Shown piece by piece: positions 1 to 8,500 of a stretch of DNA of 64,000 nt. Origin of the DNA: Candidatus Altiarchaeota archaeon (GTDB lineage Archaea > Altiarchaeota > Altiarchaeia > IMC4 > SCGC-AAA252-I15). Numbering within the stretch: the first letter of the stretch is position 1; every line of letters starts with the position of its first letter. Below the pieces are notes generated by a model. It saw only the letters and a list, made by a program, of their open reading frames with translations. It was not told where the DNA came from and ran no database searches. The DNA lies in NCBI GenBank assembly GCA_043800255.1, contig JAZDNF010000003.1, positions 47,923 to 111,922 of the forward strand, given 5' to 3'. The position numbers and the translations under genes are program-made.

Positions 1-264
1 CAGCATGAAGCCGACCATCGCATTATAGTGCGATATCGTTGACAGGCTTAGGCTGACTCCCGTAGGGTAGAACTGGTGGCTGGCGTAGAAGGGGTTGCCT
101 TTAAGCTCTGTTATCGAGTGCTTGAACCACCAGAGGTCCCAGAGGAAATAGTACGAGTCATAGTTCCCGAAGATGCTGTCGGTTATGTTCTGGATCAGGG
201 GGTATGTTAGGACAGCGGTCAGCAGAGCGTAAAGTACTATAACGTAAGCCTTATCCTTTTCCAT
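1..264 (-). CDS. Partial (runs off window) polytopic membrane protein, GT-C-like glycosyltransferase, paralog of 1016..2917
   Basis: Manual translation MEKDKAYVIVLYALLTAVLTYPLIQNITDSIFGNYDSYYFLWDLWWFKHS..NPFY..YPTGVSL matches the N-terminus of the 1016..2917 protein (LTYPLIANL..GDYDVY..WNLWW..NPYF..HPTGVSL). Confidence 0.8.
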   Translation of the reverse strand, partial: MEKDKAYVIVLYALLTAVLTYPLIQNITDSIFGNYDSYYFLWDLWWFKHSITELKGNPFYASHQFYPTGVSLSLSTISHYNAMVGFML

Positions 265-976
265 CTTCTTTTTCCGCGACCACTGTGAGGAGCATTCCCG
301 ATGCAGTCATTTTGAGCAGGCGCTCTTCAGCCGGATGGACGAGTTTTGTCAGCTTTTCTGACAGCACCGCCGTGAAGGGTGTGACAAGGAGTATCGTGCT
401 CATCTTCTTCACCCTCATGCCGTTGTCCTCGAGAATCTTCTTCAGCCCGTTTTTGTCGAATTTTGATATGTGCTGTTTCCGGTAGCCTCTGCCCTTCCCG
501 AGGGTGTCCCACAGGAATTCGACCATAGGCCACATGCTGCGGAAGTTGGGAGTCGTGAGTATGAGGTTTCCCTTGTCGTTCAGTGTTCTCCGGATTTCCG
601 CGACGCATTTCTGCGGGCTGGTCAGGTGTTCTATCAGTTCAACGCATACTACCGCATCGAAGGATTTCTCCTTGAATGGCAGGTTGATGGCGTCGCCGAC
701 CACGCCCATCAGGTTCTTGTTTATTTTCCTGCAATTTCTTATGCAATTCTCCGAGATGTCGTAGGATATTACCGTGTTCGATTCTGACAGCAGGTTCGAG
801 ATTACCCCTGAGCCTGATCCGAGGTCCAGCAGCAATTTGCCTACGCCAGCGTCTTCGACGACCTTTGATATCTTCTCCCTCTGCCAGTATCTTTGCACGT
901 ACAGTCTGCCGTAGTATGCCCGCTCGTCCAAGTCGCCTGCGAACCTGCCATAGTATTCCCGGTAATTTTCAGGCAT
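251..976 (-). CDS. Class I SAM-dependent methyltransferase
   Basis: LLDLGSGSG motif I; GDAINLPF..FDAVVCVELIEHL; LILTTPN. Confidence 0.9.
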   Translation of the reverse strand: MPENYREYYGRFAGDLDERAYYGRLYVQRYWQREKISKVVEDAGVGKLLLDLGSGSGVISNLLSESNTVISYDISENCIRNCRKINKNLMGVVGDAINLPFKEKSFDAVVCVELIEHLTSPQKCVAEIRRTLNDKGNLILTTPNFRSMWPMVEFLWDTLGKGRGYRKQHISKFDKNGLKKILEDNGMRVKKMSTILLVTPFTAVLSEKLTKLVHPAEERLLKMTASGMLLTVVAEKEDGKG

Positions 977-1015
977 GTGAGAATATTTGACCGTAATCTT
1001 AAAAGAAAATGTGAT

Positions 1016-2917
1016 TTATGTCCTGTAGACTAGAATCCTCTCGTTTGAATAATACGGACTCTGGTTTCGGAAGGCTTTTTGCATAAACGCTGAAATCTTC
1101 TCGTCTGTGCCGTTCTCGTACAAGTCTGTCAGCAGGACATCATGGTGGACTACCACATAACCTATGTTGTATTCTCTCATAGCAGGCAAGAACGCCTCAA
1201 CCCAGTCTCCGGTGAGATTCTTGTGGTCCAGGTCATTGAGCGGCCCGAAGACCGGGCTGTCCTGCATGAAACCAAGCGCAGTTCGGCTTGGATAGGATAC
1301 GTAGCCTCCGACTATCGGCCTCTGATGCACGGTTTGATAGTACATGTATTCGGGAATGCCATATTCTAGCACTCGACCATCATCAAGTGCCAGCCTCTGA
1401 GGAGCTATTGGAACGTCCAGGATGGCGTAATCCTGACCGTCTGCAAGCGTCAGATAGAACTCCTCTGTCGGGGGCGTTGTCAGATTTAGTGGGACGGTAA
1501 GAAATTCGAATAGTATCAGGGAGGATATTATGAAACCTAGTAAATTTTTGTGTGTGGTTTTTGACAGCATACGGTTTATGCCGTGTCCTGCGAGAACCGA
1601 TAGTGACAACATCACCATCACCGCGAATCTTTCCGGCACCCTGAATATGCTGAAGACAGGTAGTTTCTGGAGGAGTATGAAGGGCAGGAAGATTGTGGGC
1701 TCTCCTAGGATGAAGAGGATAGGCCCAAAGGATAGGATGGTGAACACCGTCAATATCATGCCCCACAGACCGATCAACCTCCGTATGTAGAGCGAAAAAG
1801 ATAGGTAGGCTAGGACTATGAAGAGAACCACAAAAAGCGCCCTGACAAGGGTGTCTCCGAACAACAAAACCCAGGATATGAGGAGCATAACAGATGACAC
1901 TAAAAGCGTGCGATTTCCTCCAGGGAGAGCTCCCGCAAATGTGTGGAGAGACTCCATCTTAGTGCGGAGTATGCCGCTTCCCTTCATATTGTAGAGCGAC
2001 AGAAAAAGCACTGTAAAGCCGACTGGCATCACATAACCAACATTCTTCTCAGACGAGAGCATTCTGTGGGCAGCATTCCCAAACCACCCGAACAGAGGAT
2101 GAAACTGGCTGGGCAGAAGATAAGAGAACATGTCGGACGAGTAGCATATTATAGCGTAGAGAGAACTACGGCGGGCCTCACCAGCGAGTATGATTTTTAA
2201 TGTTGGGTAAAAAAATGGGGCGACCAGAATAGCGAACAAAAAAGTTGATTTTACGGTGTTCTTGACGAACCCTATGTCGCCTTCTCTGTAAAAGTGGGCT
2301 GAGAACAAAAACGCGGTCAACAGCATGAACCCCATGTACTGCCAAGAGCATAGGGCGACCAGCAGCAGGAAAAATGAGGATAGGACCACATTCTTCCAGT
2401 TGCTGTCTCCTCTCATCTTCAGGAGGTATAATACGTAGAAGGGTATCCACTGGATGCTCAGGAGATTAAGATGACCTGCTAAAGCCTCTGCATAATGGTA
2501 AGGCGAGAACGCGAAGATGATGCCAGCAACAAATGCGGAGATTTTATCGCCTATTAGATAATAGGCAAGCAGAAACATGCCGTAGGCTGCTATTAGGAAG
2601 GACAATAACACGAGAATATTGTACGAGCCGATTAGGTTGAAACGCTCCTGCAGTATAATTCCTAAAATGCCGTTGTACGGCCCGAGCGTGTGCATTCCAA
2701 GGCTTACGCCAGTCGGATGAAAGAGGTATCTCGTGAAGTAGGGATTCTCTCTTAGCTCCAAAAGTGACTTCTTCATCCACCACAGGTTCCAGACGTTCGA
2801 GTAGACATCATAGTCCCCGACCAGCTTGCTTTCCAGATTGGCTATGAGAGGATAGGTTAGGACGAGCGTGAGCGTAGAATACAACATCAAGGCGCGCAGG
2901 TCGTAAGTGTACGCCAT
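1016..2917 (-). CDS. Polytopic membrane protein, GT-C/YfhO-like glycosyltransferase
   Basis: Many TM helices; AGIIFAFSPY, FRVPERF, MYYQT.H.RPIVGGY motifs. Start moved to ATG 2917 (MAYTYD) to avoid overlap with the divergent gene. Confidence 0.75.
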   Translation of the reverse strand: MAYTYDLRALMLYSTLTLVLTYPLIANLESKLVGDYDVYSNVWNLWWMKKSLLELRENPYFTRYLFHPTGVSLGMHTLGPYNGILGIILQERFNLIGSYNILVLLSFLIAAYGMFLLAYYLIGDKISAFVAGIIFAFSPYHYAEALAGHLNLLSIQWIPFYVLYLLKMRGDSNWKNVVLSSFFLLLVALCSWQYMGFMLLTAFLFSAHFYREGDIGFVKNTVKSTFLFAILVAPFFYPTLKIILAGEARRSSLYAIICYSSDMFSYLLPSQFHPLFGWFGNAAHRMLSSEKNVGYVMPVGFTVLFLSLYNMKGSGILRTKMESLHTFAGALPGGNRTLLVSSVMLLISWVLLFGDTLVRALFVVLFIVLAYLSFSLYIRRLIGLWGMILTVFTILSFGPILFILGEPTIFLPFILLQKLPVFSIFRVPERFAVMVMLSLSVLAGHGINRMLSKTTHKNLLGFIISSLILFEFLTVPLNLTTPPTEEFYLTLADGQDYAILDVPIAPQRLALDDGRVLEYGIPEYMYYQTVHQRPIVGGYVSYPSRTALGFMQDSPVFGPLNDLDHKNLTGDWVEAFLPAMREYNIGYVVVHHDVLLTDLYENGTDEKISAFMQKAFRNQSPYYSNERILVYRT

Positions 2918-2968
2918 ATTTGTACTATTGCGCGGAATCTTCTTAAATACGTCCTGCAATTTACTAAC

Positions 2969-4567
2969 ATGCGGGACGGTGTTTACGTTTCTGTTATCGT
3001 TTTGGCTTCCATCATCTTCGGCTTCCATAACATAAGCACCATCCCATTCTGGCATTGGGATGAGGGGGTGAACGCTAACATCGCCTGGAATCTCGCCCAA
3101 GGCAGGCTTCAGATGTTCGCGATCACCTACAATTTCATGCCGCACCCGCCTTTCGGCTTCCTGGTTTTCGCGTTCGCGATAAGAGCCTTCGGCTACAGTG
3201 TGTTAACGTTGCGGATGTTCTCCGCCTTTCTGGGGATTATCATCGCACTCTTCGTGTATCTGATAGGAAGACGCCTTGGAAGCAGGGAGTTGGGTTTCCT
3301 GGCAGGCCTCTCTTACGCTGTCATTCCGACGATGGTCTATTGGAGGCGTATGGGCTTCACGTATAATATTCTAGGCCTGCTTCTTGTGCTGCTGGTCTAC
3401 TGTATACTTACTGGGCGTCTGAGGCTGGCGGCTGCCTTCGCGGGTTTGTGTGCCGTCACTGACATGACTGGCGGAATAATACTTGCATTCTTCATGTTTT
3501 TCCTAGTTAGGAGGGGGTTGCTTTCGAAGAGGCTGGTTGCCATCTCTGTCGCGCCGCTCATAGTCTACTCTGTTGCCATGGTATACGCCTTCAGGGAAGA
3601 GTTTTTTATAGACTTCTTCTACCTGTTCGAGCGTTTCAACCTGTCTGTTCCGAAGATTCTGGTCGTATGTGCCTTATCTCTCCTAGTGTTCAAGTTCAGG
3701 GCGGGAGTTATATCAGCTGTCAGCAGGTACGTTAGGATGGTTTCCAGCATTATCGCAAAAGATTTTGAGTTCACGTTCGCCGAGAATGCTGGTTTCGTCA
3801 TGAAGTCCGCCCCCTATCTTATGCTCCTGCTGTTGAACGCCTACTGGGGGAGGGAGGTTTTCGGGGCTATGGATGATGACTTCTTCCTGAATGGGATTGG
3901 ATACCATTGGGTGGGGATTTTCGGCCTTCTCATGCTGCGGGAACGCTGGATTTTTTATTACTTATTTTCGCCTCTCCTGGCGTTTCTCCTCCTCATAAAC
4001 CGGGCGGACCATATGCTCATCCCGTTGCATCCGCTGCTGGCGGTTGGCTTTGGTTGTCTAATACTGCAGGTCTACCAGAAGGCGGTGGTTTTTAGCGGAG
4101 GCAGAGTCCTGCCAAGAGCTGTGTTCTTTGTGCTTGCATTCTACCCTCTCACTTTTTTCCTGGTGCAGGATTACAGCCTGTTCTTTCTCGGGAAGGGGCT
4201 GGACGTCGAAAGCATTGATGACATTGTCGGGGTAAGTGAGTTCGTGAACAACTATTCGAGCGCTGAGGATTTTGTCATTGGGGAGAGCTGTCTTGACCCG
4301 TACGTTGACGCCAGGTTAGCAACTCTCTTGCAGTCCGCCTCTTATGGCGGACGAGGTCTGGCCTATTACAGGGATGACATTGACAATTCGAGGTTCTTGT
4401 TCAACGTGTCTATCGAGAACGCCCGGCTCATTGTCTCGAGGGGTAATCTTTCAGGCTGGCTTGTGAACAGTTCGAGGGAGGACGTTGCAGACTATCTGAA
4501 TGGATTACACTTGGTTTATAATAATTCAGAGTTTATGGTGCTGTCTCAGACTATGACTCCGCTGTAG
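2969..4567 (+). CDS. ArnT/PMT (GT39-like) membrane glycosyltransferase
   Basis: WHWDEG and PHPP motifs, LRMFSA, multiple TM helices. Confidence 0.8.
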   Translation: MRDGVYVSVIVLASIIFGFHNISTIPFWHWDEGVNANIAWNLAQGRLQMFAITYNFMPHPPFGFLVFAFAIRAFGYSVLTLRMFSAFLGIIIALFVYLIGRRLGSRELGFLAGLSYAVIPTMVYWRRMGFTYNILGLLLVLLVYCILTGRLRLAAAFAGLCAVTDMTGGIILAFFMFFLVRRGLLSKRLVAISVAPLIVYSVAMVYAFREEFFIDFFYLFERFNLSVPKILVVCALSLLVFKFRAGVISAVSRYVRMVSSIIAKDFEFTFAENAGFVMKSAPYLMLLLLNAYWGREVFGAMDDDFFLNGIGYHWVGIFGLLMLRERWIFYYLFSPLLAFLLLINRADHMLIPLHPLLAVGFGCLILQVYQKAVVFSGGRVLPRAVFFVLAFYPLTFFLVQDYSLFFLGKGLDVESIDDIVGVSEFVNNYSSAEDFVIGESCLDPYVDARLATLLQSASYGGRGLAYYRDDIDNSRFLFNVSIENARLIVSRGNLSGWLVNSSREDVADYLNGLHLVYNNSEFMVLSQTMTPL

Positions 4568-4662
4568 AATACGAACCACCACCAGATTATCAGGAATACT
4601 ATTAGCGCCGCGAACCAAGCCCAGTCTTTTTGGGTTATGTCGTCTCTGAATTGGATTTCCAT
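4546..4662 (-). CDS. Putative 38-aa Trp-rich single-TM microprotein (not in ORF track)
   Basis: Translation MEIQFRDDITQKDWAWFAALIVFLIIWWWFVFYSGVIV*; AT-rich promoter-like DNA upstream. Confidence 0.5.
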   Translation of the reverse strand: MEIQFRDDITQKDWAWFAALIVFLIIWWWFVFYSGVIV

Positions 4663-4804
4663 AGTGTAAGTTTATTATAATTCCTTATTTAAAAGCTTTT
4701 TCATGGTTATTTGAGATTTTGTTCTTTTTTAGCCTTTTGGAGGGTAATGCCTAAAAACTATATATTTATATTTGTATAATTTTATATTATTATAGGTGGT
4801 ATTG

Positions 4805-5071
4805 ATGGAAGGTAAAGGTTACAGCACCCAGCGGGTTGACATGGATACGGTAGACCTGATAAAAACCGTGAACCTGCACCTCAGGAAGAGGAACATCAAA
4901 CTGAGGCAGAGCGACCTGATAAAACTGGCATTTGGCTTCATCAAGAGCAGGGAATGGGAGTTTATCGAATATGTTGAGACAGGCGCTATCAAGGAATCTT
5001 CAGGCTTGTTTGACAGCATATTCAGGGCTACGTCGAAACCATGGTTCCCGTACGGGAATTTGTCAGGTTAG
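4805..5071 (+). CDS. Small hypothetical protein, possible ribbon-helix-helix-like regulator
   Basis: RBS-like AGGTGGT at 4794-4800; YSTQRVD strand followed by two helices (..QSDLIKLAF). Confidence 0.55.
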   Translation: MEGKGYSTQRVDMDTVDLIKTVNLHLRKRNIKLRQSDLIKLAFGFIKSREWEFIEYVETGAIKESSGLFDSIFRATSKPWFPYGNLSG

Positions 5072-5171
5072 GCGAATATAATTTTATATTTTTTATTTTT
5101 AAAGGAGAAGGTAACATAGATAACAATAGGTTCTACTAAGACCTACCATAAAATAGAGGTGATATAAAAAA

Positions 5172-5498
5172 ATGAAAAAAATGCTGGCAATTGCAGCCCT
5201 GATGATGATATCAGGATTAGTTGCTGCACAGGCACCTGGAACATCAGCTGCGTCAGCAGCTGCTTCACTCGTCTGCGGCATACTGCAGAACGTGAAAGTA
5301 TTCTTCGAGCTTGTGGCCGCCGGAATAGCTATTGTGATAATAGTTATCAACGGTATAAAGTGGATCGGCTCATCTGACGACCCAGGAGCCAGAAAGCAAG
5401 CCAAAGAAGGCATCATACACGCAGTAGTCGGTCTGGTAATCGTGCTACTAGCTGTCGAGATTGTCGGTCTGGTAGTATCAACCAACTGCCTGGCATAA
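5172..5498 (+). CDS. VirB2/TrbC-like T4SS pilin (likely major pilin)
   Basis: Signal peptide, then two hydrophobic helices separated by GIKWIGSSDDPGARKQAKEG; RBS GAGGTGA at 5156; own downstream hairpin. Confidence 0.8.
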   Translation: MKKMLAIAALMMISGLVAAQAPGTSAASAAASLVCGILQNVKVFFELVAAGIAIVIIVINGIKWIGSSDDPGARKQAKEGIIHAVVGLVIVLLAVEIVGLVVSTNCLA

Positions 5499-5512
5499 TC
5501 TAGCATGCCTCT

Positions 5513-5550
5513 TTTGCCCTAAGAGTCTAGGGCAAACTTATTCTTTTTTC
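5513..5550 (+). terminator. Hairpin plus T-tract after the pilin gene
   Basis: TTTGCCCTA-agagtc-TAGGGCAAA (9-bp stem) followed by TTATTCTTTTTT. Confidence 0.6.
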
Positions 5551-5584
5551 AATTTTTTAGCTGTTTCTCGTATATTCTAATGTC

Positions 5585-8500
5585 ATGAAACGCCTCCACG
5601 TGAGGAGAAAACTCCGGACTATTCTCGCGTCAGCCGTCCTCGCGCTGATACTCCTTGCGCAAAATGCGACCGCACTGCCGATACTCTTGCTTGCGCTGAT
5701 TTTCATACCGCTCATAGGCACTGGGATAGGCATAGCAATCACAAAATGGCCTGCCGGCGCGAAGTTCCTCGGCTTCCTCCTGAACATCCCAATCAAACTG
5801 CTGGTAGACCTTATCGTAAGCATATTCGGTCCGTTCATCAGGCTGGTCCTGAACTACATAGAGGATGGGATAATCTATAACCCGAAAATCTACCCCTTCG
5901 ATGAGATATGCTTCGGCGGCCTGCCTACGCAGGGGTTCGTGTACGGCTGCGCTGTCGAGAACCTGATGAAGATGATGATGAAGATTCTCGCGCCATTCTA
6001 CACCCTCCTTTTGCTTCTGATAGGCATTTACATCATCTTCGTGTCGGTTGAGCCTCAGTCGAGGGCGCGCGCGAAGTCGGAGTTCAACAAGCTGCTCATA
6101 AGCATGCTGCTCGCGTCATCGGCTCCGGTGATATACCAGCTGCTTTTGGACATATCCCAGTCGATGACTGCTGCCGTGTTCGAAAATTCCACCACAAAGA
6201 CGTCGGAGGCCATGGCTAGGGGGATTATTGTCGCCTTCGCCAATCCTTGGACGTTCGAGCTTGGCGCGTGGGTGGTCCTCTTCGGCCTTGTCTTGGTCAT
6301 GGCGAGGCTGTTCTTTATCGTCCTCTTCGCGATACTCTTCCCGGTGTCCATATTCCTGTACTTTTTCGACTTTACGAGGGGTTTAGGCTCTAACATGATA
6401 AGGGCGACCATGTTCTTCATATTCCTCCAGGTTGTTCAGGCTCTGATATTCGTCATAACCGGGATTGCAGCGGCTGAGCAGGCGAGCGAGCTTCTCCGGG
6501 GTTTCATAGTCGCTGCAGGGCTTACTGGGATGGTGTTGGCTGGCATGCTCATGGCAGGCATCATGAAGTGGGCTGGAGGCTTCATGGCGATGGTCGGCAC
6601 GTCTATGGCTGGGAGGGGGCAGATGGGCGGTGCGGTCATGCTGGGCGCAGGCCAGATTATGATGGGCGCGGGGCCTTCAGGCCTTGTCGGCGCCGGCGCC
6701 ACCGCAGGTTATATGATGCCCAAGCAGCTGGAGCCTGGCATCAAGGGCGTGGGGAGGAAGGCGCTCGCAGGTTTGGGGGGCGCCGCAGGCCATCCGATAC
6801 AGTCCATGTCAGACGGCATGCAGGAGGCTGGCGGAGGCGCTGCCGGCGTGATTAAAGGCTTCCAGAGGTGGGGCAGAACCTACGTTGAAGGATACAAGGG
6901 GCGGTTCTCGACCAGGTACACTCAGGTTAGGGAGTCTATGGCAGGCGTCGGCTCAAAGTATGCTGGCGACCTTCCCAGCTCTGACAAGGTCAGCGAAGCC
7001 CTGAAGAGGAGCCAGCAGACCGGGAAAGGAACTGGAAAGGGGGGAACCCTCCCCTATGAGGAGACTTCAGGCCCTGGCGCGACAGCGGAGGAGAAAGAAT
7101 TCCCGAGGACGCCGCCCGCCAGGCAGAAGAATTATGGGGCCGGCGCAACTGACGAGCATTCGTCCCTGGTCGCGAGTCATACTAGCGGTGGCAGGATAGA
7201 GTCTGAGGGCGCATTCTCGAACTGGCCTATGGTTGCGCTGATGCAGTCTGGTTTCATGCCTCAGATGTTCTCATGGATGTTCTGGGGTACAGGTAAGGAC
7301 GAGTGGCGTGATAAGGAATATAAGAAGGGGTTCGGCAGGTGGAGTAAGGGAGTGTCTCTGAGGAAGGCTGCCAAGGACATGGTAAAGGCTGGGGAGGATA
7401 TGATAGAGCAGAGCAGAAGCCTCAGCGTCGATGAGGCTTCCAAGATGAGAGATGAGGGTAGGAACCTCATAAGACAGGGTAGGAGGGCGAAGGCTAGGGG
7501 GTGGGTCGCAACCGGAGCGTCTGTTGTCATGCCTGCTTCCCCGTTCATACCAATCCGGGAGGCTGGCGCGATTATCGCAGGCACTGTCTCATTGTTCCTG
7601 CCTGAGACTGTGGGTTTGGGAGTTGGAGGGTTGGCGTTACAGCTTGGAGTCGGCGGTTTGAGCCTTGTCCCTGCCGCCGCAGGCTGGGCTTCTCGCGCGA
7701 CCGGCTTCGGCGTTTCTCTCCTCGGCGGAAAGGGTGACACGCCGGAGGATATAGAAAGGAGGAGGATGCGCGTTGACAAGTGGGATGCCCGCGCTGACAG
7801 GATGAGAGAGTGGTCTAGGGCAACCAGAAGAGGGGGTGGGTGGGTTAGGGATAATGCAAAATTTCCGATGAGGAAGCCGTTCTACTGGGCCGCCCGGAAG
7901 ATGACAGGTTTGAGCGTCAAACAGATATGGCATAGGAGCAACGTCGAGCAGGAATTCTTCAGGTCCATGTTCAAGTACAGGCAGGCTAAAAAAGAACACC
8001 GCATGGCTAAAAAATCTGGTGACGCGGAGGCTGAGGCGAAGGCTGAGAAGAGAAAGGCAAGTGCTGAGGAGAGGGTTTTCAAGCTGTTGCGGAAGTCCTC
8101 CCGCGGGGATGAGTTCTGGGGCAAGGACGAGATTCATGACACGATGATACAGTCGAAGGTGGCGCAGTGGGCTCCGGAGCTGATGGACAAATACCTCGAA
8201 AGCGGCTCAGATTCGAGTTTGGACAAATACTTTGATGAGGAGACGTCTAAGAACACCGCCGACGCTGAGGGGGTAGGATTCGACAAGAAGGAGTTGCCAG
8301 GCGCACAAGAGCGCCAGTTGCCAGGCGCACAAGAGCGTGATACATTTGAAGCTCTCCTCAAGGAGGGCGGTATTGGTGACGCCGTCGGCAGCGAGGTTAA
8401 CGCGCAGGTTGGGGGCGTCTTCAACAACGAGTCCGGAGGGGAGTGGGGCGGCTTTGAGCGCCTCACCGAGTTCAGGCCTGAGGATGTGCTGTATGGTCTG

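Noticed and set aside
2918-3145. N-terminal extension of the 709-aa ORF
   Set aside because: It overlaps the divergent 2969 gene; the paralog at 1..264 supports the start at 2917.
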